From assembly GCF_963921235.1 (NCBI RefSeq), contig NC_086097.1:102116001-102180000 (forward strand): DNA of 64,000 bases, given 5' to 3'. Origin of the DNA: Mobula hypostoma (Eukaryota). The translations under genes and the position numbers were made by a program. This document shows positions 13,790-27,000 of the stretch, in pieces. A model generated the notes under the pieces. That model saw only the letters and a program-made list of their open reading frames with translations, ran no database searches and was not told the origin of the DNA. The stretch's first letter is position 1, and the number at the start of each line of letters is the position of its first letter.

Positions 13790-14408
13790 CCGGAGGAAAA
13801 GATGGCAGTGCGCTGTGCATGCGCAGCTCTCCGATGAAAAATGATGTCGTATCTGTTAAATAGGGGCCGTGGACAATTCTGATTTGATGGAAAATGGACG
13901 TGAAATCACAGAGGAACATCTGGAGAAATTTCTGAAACGCCTGTTTGCTGCTGTCGTTACTGTGTGGTCAGGAATCTTTCGGAGGGTAGGCCTCAAAATC
14001 CCCGGCCTTGCCTGCTTTTGGCGACCAGGAAAGAGGTCCAATTGCTCGGACAGAGATGGTGCTCAGTACTCAGTGTCGGAGAGCTGATCAGAGCTCGAAG
14101 TTTTCGGATGACTCACAGTCGGATTGTGGTCGGCATGGCAGGGAGAGTTTTTCTTCCCTCTCCCGACTGCGTGAGATGTGGGACATTTGAGAAACTTTGA
14201 ATTTTACTGTGCTCACGGACTTTCTTCATCAAGTTATGGTATTGTACACTGTTATAACTATATGTATAATTATGTGGTTTTGTCAGTTTTTTCAGTCTTG
14301 GTTTGTCCTGTGTTTTGTGATATCACACCAGAGGAAATAATGTATCATTTCTTAATACATGCATTACTAAATGACAATAAAAGGGGACTACGTGTCTTCA
14401 TAATCTAA
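13790..14408 (+). repeat. Probable non-autonomous interspersed repeat
   Basis: CpG-rich 5' part, T-rich 3' part, AATAAA followed by a short AATCTAA tail. Family not identified. Confidence 0.45.
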
Positions 14409-15009
14409 ATATGCAGCAAGGAATAAGAAATGCACAAGTAGAAAGAGAGAAGGACAGTTAGAGTTTGTGGTCCAGGAAAGCAAATACACAGATGTATAAA
14501 TTCAGCTGAATTACAGACTCAATTTCAATGTTTATATTTCGAGATCGTTGGCAAGACCAGCATTTGTTGCCCAATGCTATTGCCCTTGAGAAATGGTGGC
14601 GAAGTTTTTTTTTACCTTCCCATGGTGCTGTGATGGTTTATACTGAGTAACTACAAAGGTACAGCAAGGCTGCTGTGATGGTAACAAGCCTGAAACTGGA
14701 ACGTGGGTAGTCTTGACTGGAAACAAAATACAGCACACATGATTCTACAATACAGTAGATTACTAGAATGGGAGTTATTTATAGACCTTTGGCAAAATGC
14801 CATAACTAAACAACCATTCAGCAAAAGTGATTTTAATCGGTAATTTAACTTTCATATTGATTGGGGAAAAACAAGTATGTTCACATGAAAAACTAAACAA
14901 ATTTATGGAACCCTGTTCAGGATAGTTTTCTACAACAGTGTAGACAAGGAGCAAAAGAAAAATTAGGCCTTAGTAATTTTAACAATGAATAATGAGTAAT
15001 TGAGCTAAT

Positions 15010-15220
15010 ATCTCTGCCACAGGAAACAGTTGAGGCCAGTTCATTGGCTATATTTAAGAGGGAGTTAGATATGGCCCTTGTGGCTACGGGGATCAGGGAG
15101 TATGGAGGGAAGGCTGGGGCGGGGTTCTAAGTTGGATGATCAGCCATGATCATAATAAATGGCGGTGCAGGCTCGAAGGGCCAAATGGCCTACGCCTGCA
15201 CCTATTTTCTATGTTTCTAT
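15010..15220 (+). mobile_element. CR1 3' end fragment
   Basis: Similar to 715-910 (GATGATCAGCCATGATCA..GGCTCGAAGGGCCAAATGGCCTAC), with a CTATGTTT tail. Confidence 0.8.
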
Positions 15221-16580
15221 ATCGAATAGCATAATTGTTGTTAAATTAAACAACAATTTAATGGATGAAACATATCTTCAGCTCAGGTCCTGAATTTTGG
15301 ACCTTGAACAATAGCTGGTGTTATTATAGTCCAGAGGTTGAGAATTTGGTAAATTGTACACCAAATTTGCCTATGCTCACCTCTTGGTTTTCTACAGAAT
15401 TATGAACCTCAATTTATTGTAGGCTTCTGTTTAATTTTGATCCACTTATCTCAGGTCATCCAGGGATCTTAACCATTAAATGTTCTTCCAACTTGTGGAA
15501 AATGTTTGCTGTGTCCAAACTTTCTCCTCTTTACAGGCATACTTGCTGTTTGAACCAGTGTCTTTGATTCCATTTGTCCTGGGCCAGATTTTCTCTTAAC
15601 ACGTATATTTAGCTCCATTTCAGTTGAATATTTAATGTTTGAATTTCCTTATTTGCTATAAGAGCTCAGAACCTAATTAAAGTGTCCACTGCTCCTCTAC
15701 TGAAACATACACCATTTCATGTTTATTCCAGTGATCCAGATCCAATGAACACTTGCAGACTAGAAACCTTAATCGAGGCAGTTCTCCTTGATGTTGGGAG
15801 TTGAATGCCGTCTTCCATTTACATTTATTATTGGTCATTGTGAGCATATTTTGCTTAAGTCCTTCTCTCCCACAGCCCTTGGCTATTTAAATATACCAGC
15901 TATTTATCTCGACTCCATGTGATAGCAAGTTTCTTGTGTGTAAAAAAACAATGTTTTTCTTTAATGGGTTTAAAAGGTTATTAATTCTGATCTCCAATTC
16001 CAATTCTGACAATATCTCACTGCATCTACATTAAACCGTTTCATAAATTTACAAAATTTATCAGCGCAACCTTTTCTTTTCCAAGTTATCAAGAACAAAT
16101 TACCACTTCTATCTTGAATCAATCTGGTGGCCCTCAGCAAGCACGTGGTTTCAATAATCATTCTAGAAATTTAACACATGAAGAAACTTACCAACACTCC
16201 ACTAGCAGAGATGTTATATTTTGTACAAAATAGCAAAATACCCCCTCAGGTAAAGCATAGAATGACCTGATCCATAATTATCCCAGAATAAATGTGACTA
16301 GTTCTAAAAGAGATCTAATCTTCATCATCCCAGTGCTGTTTGCCAGAGCCATCAAGTTTCCTTTCCTTAACATCACACCCTATTACAAATAATCTAGTTA
16401 TTATCTATCTACTTTTCACAGTGGACTGAATCATTAACCTTTTTGAATACTAAATACAGTTGAGGCAGCAACGGTTAATAATAAATGAGAAATTTTGCAG
16501 ATACTGGAAATCCACAGCAACACATACAAAATGCTGGAGGAGCTCAGCAAGTCAGGCAACATCTATGGAAATGAATAAAC

Positions 16581-16615
16581 AGTCGACATTTCGGGCCAAG
16601 ATCCTTCTTCAGGAC
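16581..16615 (-). ncRNA. Diverged minimal hammerhead motif in a Penelope terminus fragment (about 16485-16615)
   Basis: Minus strand GTC-CTGAAGA-AGGATCTTGGCCC-GAAAT-GTC-GACT. Core retained, stem II weakened. Confidence 0.55.
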
Positions 16616-18332
16616 ATTTAATAATGGTGTGTTTACATTTTGTTTGTAAAACATAACATTGCCATAGATACAAAAAGATGCATTTCAAGGGCCTGATGCT
16701 TTTAAGCAGGTAATAAAAGAACTTAACACACTAGTTCTTGGCTTAAGTTTAAAAAGGGGAAGGAGCAAAAAAAGGTTGCTGAAAAGTAAAAATATTTACA
16801 AACCCATTCACAGAATATATTGTTCAGGCCAGCCTTGCTAAAATCAATGACTTTACAAATCTTATAAAGTTTTTATACAGAAACCAAATAGCTGAGTAAG
16901 AATAAATAATACTTATTTTTAATGTATTTACAAGGCTCATGTTAAAATAGGCTGCTGAATTCAGTTTTGACAGCATAGCTTAAGCTGGTTTATATAATTA
17001 CTCTTGTGCTGTATATACAATGGCATAACGAGCAAAAAGCTGCAATATCACATTTAAGATATATATTAAAAAGTTCAGGGTTGCCTAGTTTAATACCCCA
17101 GAATCTAAAAAAATAATCCTATTCAAATTATTTCCCCCATACATTAAATATGTTTTTCCTCAGCAGGTTAGGCAGCATTTGTGAAAAGAGAAGCAGAGTT
17201 AATGTTTCTGTTCTTTTAAAAAAAATATCTATTTTAAAAGGTAACTGTTTCTCTCCTCAGAGATACTGCATGACCTGCTGAATACTTCCAGCATTATATT
17301 TTCGTTTTAGATGCTTTTGCGTCATTGCGACAGCGAATAAAACATAACTTCCCAACTCTCTGACTGCCCCGAAGACTTCAAAAATTGCATTTTGATCTCG
17401 GGACAGATGCAAAGAGAAAGCTGGTACACACATAGACTGTACATTGTACCAGTGACGCAGTTGACACAATAGGTACAAGTGGGTTAAATTAACAAAGTGA
17501 CACAATTGGCAAGCAACTGAAATCACTTTGCTCCTGCCTCTTCATAAAGCAACTTCGGAGAAAAATCACAAGGCTTCTGAAATGTTACGTATTCTTTTTT
17601 GGACGTAGGTGTAGTTAGCCTTTCCCAAAAAGGTAAAAATATACTATGATGATCCCTCTAAGAACAAATATACTCAACTGGAGATGGCAATCCTGCCACA
17701 GTAAAGTGCTGCAAAGACTGGCCAGGTTCTGACCGGACCATATTTAGGGCCCACAAGCTTACCCCATTCATTGCGCTGTGGAAGGAAAATGCAACAGAGT
17801 ATTAATGATGGTGATTTGTTTCACTCTGTTAATAACCTGATATTTTTTTCTGCCTCTTCAAATAAATATCACTTGAGCTGATTTTAAAACAAGTACTGAT
17901 TTCACAGAACATGAAGCCAAGTCCAAGTACAGATCTGCAGCTACAGATTTAGTGAGGCAGGCAACATACCAAGCATTTTTTTTTCTTTTGAAAAGGACTG
18001 TGCTAGGAATGGGTAATCTGAAAGTATTCTTCTTGTATCAACGGCAACAAGCACAGGCATGACGGGCATGTAGCTTCCCTCTATGCTGTAAACCACTGCA
18101 TTGACTCAATTTAATAATATTAGAGGAAGGGTTGCAGAACAAGTATGATGAGGAAAAACTGGACTGGAAAGTTTAGAAGGGGAAACTAAATCTACAATAT
18201 TTGCTTTGCCAACTATAAGATGTGTTACGGTAGGGAAAATAGTGACATGAGTGTTTCAGCGAGGAGGCAAGGAAATAGACAATATTACAACTTCCTAAGT
18301 TAGCAAGCATTTGTTAATGTGCAATATGTCTC

Positions 18333-18428
18333 TCTCACCCCCGGTGCACCAGTAATCTTAATGTAGGGGACAGTACAAGGTGCGTCTCACACCCGGTACA
18401 CCAGTAATCCTAATGTAGGGGGCAGTAC
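18333..18428. repeat. Two-copy tandem duplication, 52-bp period
   Basis: TCTCAC.CCCGGT.CACCAGTAATC.TAATGTAGGGG.CAGTAC at 18333-18376 and 18385-18428. Confidence 0.8.
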
Positions 18429-19182
18429 TGATTTGTGCTGTGTCCAGGTATAATGGAAGCTAAATGATTCAAGTGTTGGAGACAAAGTATAATAACAGTA
18501 AGGGACAGTCCCAATGTGCATCATGTAAGAGTGAAATTGATTATTATTTTACAGGGTTACAAGTCAATTTTCACAACTTAGATCTAGGATTCAAAATGTA
18601 ATTTAAATGAAAGCTCAATCCTAGTTAGTCTAGCTGCAGAAATGAACCATTATAAATGAGCCCAAAGTTTGTGCTGTAATTTTAACATGCAGTGCAAACA
18701 TGCAACTGCATCTGTTTGGTGCAATGTAAACCCAGACTATTGAAATTCTTTTCTACTGAACATTTTAAAACCCATTCTTTGAGATAAGTAAGATTTAGCA
18801 ATCCAGCCTTAACTGATGTGCAACACTTTCACAGCATCCAAGCAACTTTGAATCTTTGCAAGAAATTTGTGTGACTGCAAAATAAAGGTGAGGTGTTGTT
18901 CTGTCAGTCAGGCAGAACAAGAATTGTGTGATATTTTACAATGTGCAACAAAAAGGCCTCTCGGTCATTGTGGCTTCAGCTAAACACCTGAGCAATTGGC
19001 CTTCGGCCTCCACACTCGACTATACATGAGGTTGGGCCCAGGGCAAGAATAAACAAACAGAGCTGGAACTACCCAGAGTTGTATCCAGTTCCGACATCCA
19101 GATGAAACTACAGGTCACGTCTCAAGTTCCACAGCTGCTCGTAAGTCGGAGCGAACCAGTTTACTTCATCACCATTGCATAA

Positions 19183-19348
19183 CTATCCATCCTGGCAATA
19201 AAGGGAATAATCATCGCATTCCTCGTCGTCCTTTGCCTGCTCGTCCGCTGCTGGAGCTTGTCGTTTTAATTCCACCTCCCTCTGTTTCTTCTCCTGGACA
19301 CTGTGACTCTTCATGTGTGCACTCCGACTCTTTACTTTGTAGAACACC
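19183..19348 (-). CDS. MIDEAS: MIDEAS last coding exon: VFYKVKSRSAHMKSHSVQEKK...SLYCQDG-stop
   Basis: tttctgttcaag| acceptor. Completes the finger CKKCGKVFYKVKSRSAHMKSH. TAG at 19185-19183. Confidence 0.9.
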
Positions 19349-20239
19349 CTTGAACAGAAAGATTGTGTCAGGCGTCAGCTCAGACTGTGCACAGTTAGAA
19401 CAACACTAAATAAGTAACAAAAAAGGAAACAGCAGAACTCTGCTATGTGGTCAGTAAATCAGTTCCAGATTCCTACGGGTGCAGGGTACGTCTGTGCTGG
19501 GCTGAGATTGACGGATAGCCACATTCAAGCAGGGGCCATGGATAATTTCATCTTGCACGATCACATTCCAAAAATAGTCAATGTCCTAGGGGAGACTAAA
19601 GAGTTCCTGGAGACACTGGTCCTTCCAACAATTGCAATGTGGTTCACTATTACCCTTCAGGGGAATAAAGCTGCTGTCCTTACTCAATCTGGTCTCTGAA
19701 TAACTCCAGGTCCACTGGTATGGAGAACCTTTGAATATCCTCTGCAGTGGCCCAGCAAGCTCCATAACACAAGAGCAAATAGGTAGAGGTGAAAAATGCC
19801 AACCCTGTAAAAGTATTAAATAAAAGAAACTTGTCTGAATGGAGAGAGGAGACAACCGGATTGCAGAACAAGAAGTCTTGGGGAAAACTGTAGAATTGAA
19901 AGGATTTACTGATTCAACAACTGGTACAAAAGTATCTCCACAACCACACTGAGACACCATCTGGTGCCAGGAGTACACAGCGTGATGTGGCTGGGGAGGA
20001 ATGAAGGAAAATCAAATGGATGAGTCCAATGTTGTAGAAAACAATATTGGAAAAGGCTTCCTTAGATGATATCAGAAGCTCAATAAGAGCAGTTCTACCC
20101 TGCAGAGAGTGCCGATTTGTTATTGCAGTCTTGCTTCTTCAATCTGAACATTTATAGACACTTCATAAGACAACATCCAATCAGGGTGAATGCTCAGGTC
20201 CCAACTACTCTAATCCTATTCCTTTCAATCCACCACCTA

Positions 20240-20410
20240 TACGAGGGACAATTTACAGTTAACGTAGTGATCCTGATCTCTGGGACCTGCGAGGAAGAAG
20301 CAACACGGAGGAAACCCATGCGATTATAGGGAGAACATGCAAACTCCACTTAAACAAGGACCAGAAGTCAGAATTGAACCTGGGTCACTTAAGCTGTGCG
20401 GGAGAGGCTC
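20240..20410 (-). mobile_element. Degenerate tRNA-derived SINE
   Basis: B-box-like GGTTCAATTC on the minus strand followed by a GTGGAGTTTGCATGTTCTCCC..GGGTTTCCTCCG core. Confidence 0.55.
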
Positions 20411-20645
20411 AGCTCGATTTCCTTCTCACACTGGTAACTTTTTGAGAAGGAAGTTTTTAAACCAGAAGCTTTTACATTAAATTGGGAGGGGCATTTTAAA
20501 CAAAATTACAGAATTATTAAAAATGAACACTCCATTGCCATACTCAGGCATCAACTACCACCACTCATTAGGAGAATGAATTCAAAACACAACCTCTCCC
20601 ACTCAGCTGATGGGGCATGAATGCCTCAGCTAGAAGCCCACTTAC

Positions 20646-20824
20646 TTCCCACATTTTTTGCAAGGGAAGACATTTTCTTGAGTCTGCTTTCCAGGCTTGG
20701 TTGAGTCACCCAACTGCACACGCTCATTCCTGGACGAAGCACGGGGAGCAGCTGCAGGTTGGCGCTGTCTGTAGTTGCAACGGTAGGTGGGGTTGTGATT
20801 CTTCCGCAAGTGAACATTCTGGGC
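20646..20824 (-). CDS. MIDEAS: MIDEAS penultimate coding exon: AQNVHLRKNH...KQTQENVFPCKKCG(K), first half of the C2H2 finger
   Basis: Pyrimidine tract then aagcag| acceptor, AA|gtaagt donor, 179 nt. QENxFPCKKCG motif. Confidence 0.9.
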
Positions 20825-21484
20825 CTGCTTCGAGAGAAGAGGAAAGAGCAAGATTAGGGGGGAAAAATCAAGAGAGGTGCAACTCTCCCAGAAATACAGA
20901 AACATGCAGCTTGCAAAATACAGTCACAATTTCTGATGGATGCTTTTAACTACTTTAGCAAGTGTGGCAACCATTCCCAAGTACAGCAATGAGATAATGA
21001 TCAAATAAGCATTATGATGATGCTGTTTGAAGGATTCACTGGCCAAACATTCAGGAAGAATCCATTTGCTGCACCAAAAGAGGGCAGAGGTTTAGACAGA
21101 AGGATGGGAGTTTTTTAAGGGAATTTGAGGAGCAAGTTTCTTTTAAATCTTGAATGCACTGCCAGACGAGGTGGTAGAATCAGATACAATCACTGATTAA
21201 GAGGCATTTGGGCACATACTTCAATAGGGAATGGTTCCAATGCAAGTAAGGGGATTGCCATAGATGGGAAAGATGATAGGCACAGTCAAGGTGGGCCAAA
21301 GGTTCCATTTCTGTGCTGCACAACTCTGTGGTTCTCTTTCTCAGATAGCGCTCATACCTTTTATTTACAAATGAGGAGGGTAACTGGGCTTTGACAATGC
21401 TCTACTTGAAAGATGGCACCTCTGAGAGTACAGCACTCCTTCAATACTGCTGCCTGCACTTGGTTCTCAAGTTTGGTCTATATT

Positions 21485-21800
21485 CATAGAATATAGAAAA
21501 CTTACAGCACAATGCGGGCCCTTCGGCCCACAAAACTGTGCCGAACATGCCCTTACCTTAGAACTACCTAGGCTTACCCATAACTCTCTATTTTTCTAAG
21601 CTCCATGTACCTATCCAGGAGTCACTTAAAAGACCCTATCGTTTCCACCTCCACCACTGCCACTGGCAGCCTATTCCACGCACTCACCACTCTCTGTGTA
21701 AAACAACTTACCCCTGACATCTCCTGTGTATCTACTTCCAAGCACCTTAAAACTATGTCCTCTCGTGCTAGCTATTTCAACCCTGGGAAAAAGCCTCTGG
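21485..21800 (-). mobile_element. CR1 3' end fragment
   Basis: ORF 21671..21868 LFPRVEIASTRGHSFKV. Same 3' terminus as 63750-64000. Confidence 0.82.
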
Positions 21801-22544
21801 GAAAGGCTGTTGTGTCCAATCAACAGGAATGCAATGCTTCCACCTTCAATCTTCAGGCTCAGAAGCAATCATTTAAATGCAGTGCGCAAGGTGCACCCAA
21901 GACTTTGTGGTAAATAGTTTCAGGCTGTAAATCAAACCTGGATAAACACATGAATGTGGTGGGTGCTTACTAAATTCAACCATGTTACACAACAAACTTT
22001 TATGTTTCTAACTCTAATGTACAAGTTTAAGTAATTTGTCTGTCATGTTTGTAATATACTTGTTGCTGCAAAAAGCTAATTTTAATGGCACTTACACCTT
22101 GGGTATGTATGGCCACGACAATAATAACAAATAAAATCTTCCACAAAGCCAAAGTCTAATCCAATTTACTACCTCATCTTGCCAAGCGACCCAATTTGAC
22201 CAGCCTCCCATGCAGGACTTTGTCCAGTGCCTTGCTGAGTTTAGCCACTTGGTAAACCCTAATCGGGTCTCTTTTACAGTGTTAGCGACTGAAGGAGAAT
22301 TTAGAGAAAAGACTGTTGTGTTCAACCAACAGGTATGCAATGCTTCCACCTTCAGTGTGTGAAAACAAGTAACTTAAGGGCTGCTGTCTCATCAGCATCC
22401 TGGGTTTATTGTTAGCACTGGTAAAATGCAGACAGCAACTGCACAGTTCCTGTCCCAAACAATATGCCTTGGCCTTTCCAGGAATAGTGAACCATTCAGC
22501 TCATGATCAATGTTAAACTTCCATAGATGTGTGGTAAACACTGG

Positions 22545-23357
22545 CTGCCTCGCACTGCTATGGAAACACCAATGCCCCGGAATGGAAGATCCTAGACAAA
22601 GTAGTGGATACAGGCCAGTCCGTCACAGGTAAAGCTCTCCCTACAATTGAACACATCTACAAGGAGCGCCGTCACAGGAAAGCAGCATCCATCATCAAGG
22701 ACCCCACAGCCGAAGTCATGCTTAATTTTTGCTGTTGCCATCAGGAAGGGACAGGAGCCTCAGAACCCACATCCCCAGGTTCAGGAATACTTATTACCCT
22801 TCAACCATCAGGCTCTTGAACCAGAGTGGATTAACTTCACTTGACCAAACACTAAGCTGTTCTCACTAACTATGGACTCACTTTCAAAGACTCTTCGTCC
22901 CATGTTCTCGATATTTATTGCTTATTATTATTACTATTTCTTTTGTATTTGCACAGTTTGTCTTTTGCACATAGGTTGTTTGTTCCGTTAGGTGCAGTCC
23001 TTCACTAAATCTATTGCGTTTCTTGGATTTACTGTGTATGCACAGTGGGCATGTGGTTAAGGCGTTCGTCTAGTCATCTGAAGATCACTAGTTCAAGCTT
23101 CAGCTGTGGCAGTGTGTTTGTGCCCTTGAGCAAGGCACTTAATCACACATTGCTCTAGTCTGTGCGAGGAGTGGTGCCCCACAGACTTCCAATCTGTGCC
23201 TTGTAAGGCATTAAAATGCCCGACGCAGACCTCTCATGGTCTGAGTCGATGTTCCCCTCCCCCCCACACTGTGTATGCCCACAAGAAATGAATTTCAGGG
23301 TTGTATAAGGTGACATTAAAGTACAATATTTTGGTAATAAATTTACTTTGAACTTTC
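22545..23357 (+). mobile_element. Rex1/Babar-like LINE 3' fragment, interrupted by a SINE
   Basis: KVVDTGQSVTGKALPTIEHIYKERRHRKAASIIKDP resembles the Rex-Babar C-terminus. AATAAA plus (ACTTTGA)n tail at about 23336-23357. Confidence 0.65.
23045..23267 (+). mobile_element. tRNA-derived SINE with target-site duplication
   Basis: A-box-like TGTGGTTAAGG and B-box-like AGTTCAAGC. TSD ACTGTGTATGC at 23031-23041 and 23268-23278. Confidence 0.75.
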
Positions 23358-23539
23358 ATTTAGTCTGATGGTGGCTGATCATGTTTCATGCTTTCAGCCA
23401 AGTTGGGCTCTGCAGGGTGCAATGGAAACTAACGATATCCTGGTTTAGATGGCATGATTCACTACTACTTCTGGAATTTTCTAAGACATTTTTGAATATG
23501 GCTGCCCATGCTTTAATAGAATTGTTCCTGGTACCCTAC

Positions 23540-24000
23540 CTGTAGGCCTACCCCAACTTGCCACAAATCAAAGCTGATACCCCAGCTACACATGCCATTT
23601 CATTGTCTATTTGGAGCAGTCCACATTTCAAACCAATCGGTACCATTCCCCAACAATTCCTTCGCTACACTGGGGCTGCTTCTTGCACCTGTGTGGAATT
23701 CATCAATTTCATCAACTTTCTCCCGCCTCGGACCATTTCCTCCTCTCTCTCCTTTCTGGATAGAACCCCAGCTACGACTAATCCACCAAATACCACAACT
23801 ACCAAACCTACACCTCCTCCCAGCCTGTCACATTTAAGAACACCATGACTGTCTCAGATTCTATATCTGTTCCTGCTGCCTCTCTTCCAGAGAGAAGTCC
23901 TTCCACCCGCAGACACTGGACATGTCTTTTTTCCAGGGAATGGAACACTCCCTCTGGCACCACTCCATCCCCAGTTATTGATGGAGCACTGGTCTACAAC
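23540..24000 (+). mobile_element. Old degenerate Penelope-like element, RT C-terminal part (left of the array)
   Basis: ORF 23558..23848 FLRYTGAASCTCVEFINFINF...TISSSLSFLD aligns with SLRYINDCIGAVSCTHAELVDFINF...SISDTSLPFLD of the young Penelope ORF 49236..50249. Confidence 0.75.
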
Positions 24001-24066
24001 GTTCAAAGTAAATCAAAGGTATTTAAAAATGTAAAGTTGAAAGTAAACCTGATCTCTTTCATTCCT

Positions 24067-27000
24067 AGCATGTTTACTCTCCCCACACACCCGGGATAAA
24101 CTCCTTTCAGCACGTTTACTCTCCCCCCACACAGGGGATAAACTCCTTTCAGCACGTTTACTCTCCCCCCACACCGGGGATAAACTCCTTTCAGCACGTT
24201 TACTCTCCCCCCACACAGGGGATAAACTCCTCTCAGCACGTTTACTCTCCCCCCACACCGGGGATAAACTCCTTTCAGCACGTTTACTCACCCCCCACAC
24301 CGGGGATAAACTCCTTTCAGCACGTTTACCCTCCCCCCACACCGGGATAAACTCCTTTCAGCACGTTTACCCTCCCCCAACACCCGGGATAAACTCCTTT
24401 CAGCACGTTTACCCTCCCCCCACACCGGGGATAAACTCCTTTCAGCACGTTTACCCTCCCCCCACACCGGGGATAAACTCCTTTCAGCACGTTTACCCTC
24501 CCCCCACACCGGGGATAAACTCCTTTCAGCACGTTTACTCTCCCCCCACACCGGGGATAAACTCCTTTCAGCACGTTTACTCACCCCCCACACCGGGGAT
24601 AAACTCCTTTCAGCACGTTTACTCTCCCCCCACACCGGGGATAAACTCCTTTCAGCACGTATACTCTCCCCCCACACCGGGGATAAACTCCTTTCATCAC
24701 ATTTACTCTCCCCCCACACCGGGGATAAACTCCTTTCAGCACGTTTACTCTCCCCCCACACCGGGGATAAACTCCTTTCAGCACGTTTACTCTCCCCCCA
24801 CACCGGGGATAAACTCCTTTCAGCACGTTTACTCTCCCCCCACACCGGGGATGAACTCCTTTCAGCAGGTTTACTCTCCCCCCACACCGGGGACAAACTC
24901 CTTTCAGCACGTTTACTCTCCCCCCACACCGGGGATAACCTCCTTTCAGCACGTTTACCCTCCCCCCACACCGGGGATAAACTACTTTCAGCACGTTTAC
25001 TCTCCCCCCACACCGGGGATAAACTCCTTTCAGCACGTTTACCCTCCCCCCACACCGGGGATAAACTCCTTTCAGCACGTTTACTCTCCCCCCCACACCG
25101 GGGATAAACTCCTTCCAGCACGTTTACCCTCCCCCCACACCGGGGATAAACTCCTTTCAGCACGTTTACTCACCCCCCACACCGGGGATAAACTCCTTTC
25201 AGCACGTTTACTCTCCCCCCACACCGGGGATAAACTCCTTTCAGCACGTTTACTCTCCCCCCACACCGGGGATAAACTCCTTTCAGCACGTTTACCCTCC
25301 CCCCACACCGGGGATAAACTCCTTTCAGCACGTTTACTCTCCCCCCACACCGGGGATAAACTCCTTTCAGCACGTTTACTCTCCCCCCACACCGGGGATA
25401 AACTCCTTTCAGCACGTTTACTCTCCCCCCACACCGGGGATAAACTCCTTTCAGCACGTTTACCCTCCCCCCACACCGGGGATAAACTCCTTTCAGCACG
25501 TTTACTCTCCCCCCACACCGGGGATAAACTCCTTTCAGCACGTTTACCCCCCCCCCCACACCGGGGATAAACTCCTTTCAGCACGTTTACTCTCCCCCCC
25601 ACACCGGGGATAAACTCCTTTCAGCACGTTTACCCTCCCCCCACACCGGGGATAAACTCCTTTCAACACGTTTACCCTCCCCCCACACCGGGGATAAACT
25701 CCTTTCAGCACGTTTACTCTCCCCCCCACACCGGGGATAAACTCCTTTCAGCACGTTTACTCTCCCCCCACACCGGGGATAAACTCCTTTCAGCACGTTT
25801 ACCCTCCCCCCCACACCAGTGATAAACTCCTTTCAGCACGTTTACTCTCCCCCCACACCGGGGATAAACTCCTTTCAACACGTTTACTCTCCCCCCACAC
25901 CGGGGATAAACTCCTTTCAGCACGTTTACCCTCCCCCCACACCGGGGATAAACTCCTTTCAGCACGTTTACACTCCCCCCACACCGGGGATAAACTCCTT
26001 TCAGCACGTTTACCCTCCCCCCCACACCAGTGATAAACTCCTTTCAGCACGTTTACTCTCCCCCCAACACCGGGGATAAACTCCTTTCAGCACGTTTACT
26101 CTCCCCCCACACCCCGAGGATATACTCTTTCCAGCACGTTTACTCTCCCCCCACACCGGGAATAAACTCCTTTCAGAACGTTTACTCTCCCCCCACACCG
26201 GGGATAAACTCCTTTCAGCACGTTTACTCTCCCCCCACACTGGGGATAAACTCCTTTCAGCACGTTTACCCTCCCCCCACACCGCCGATAAACTCCTTTC
26301 AGCACGTTTACTCTCCCCCCCCAGCGGGGATAAACTCCTTTCAGCACGTTTACTCTCCCCCCACACCGGGGATAAACTCCTTTCAGCACGTTTACCCTCC
26401 CCCCCCACACCGGGGATAAACTCCTTTCAGCACGTTTACCCTCCCCCCCCACACCGGGGATAAACTCCTTTCAGCACGTTTACCCTCCCACCACACCGGG
26501 GATAAACTCCTTTCAGCACGTTTACTCTCCCCCCACACCAGGGATAAACTCCTTTCAGCACGTTTACTCTCCCCCCACACCGGGGACAAACTCCTTTTAG
26601 TACGTTTACCCTCCCCCCCACAGCAGGGATAAACTCCTTTCAGCACGTTTACCCTCCCCCCACACCGGGGATAAACTCCTTTCAGCACGTTTACCCCCAC
26701 CCCACACCGGGGATAAACTCCTTTCAGCACGTTTACCCTCCCCCCCACACCGGGGATAAACTCCTTTCAGCACGTTTACTCTCCCCCCCACACCGCGGAT
26801 AAACTCCTTTCAGCACGTTTACTCTCCCCCCACACCAGGGATAAACTCCTTTCAGCACGTTTACCCTCCCCCCCACACCGCGGATAAACTCCTTTCAGCA
26901 CGATTACCCTCCCCCCACACCAGGGATAAACTCCTTTCAGCACGTTTACTCTCCCCCCACACCGGGGATAAACTCCTTTCAGCACGTTTACTCTCCCCCC

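Noticed and set aside
15400..16930. MIDEAS polyadenylation site
   Set aside because: Several minus-strand AATAAA or ATTAAA hexamers exist (for example near 15413, 15722 and 16617) in AT-rich DNA, and none can be singled out without transcript data.
23045..23120. tRNA gene
   Set aside because: Only degenerate A and B boxes, no cloverleaf, followed by a SINE body and bounded by a TSD.
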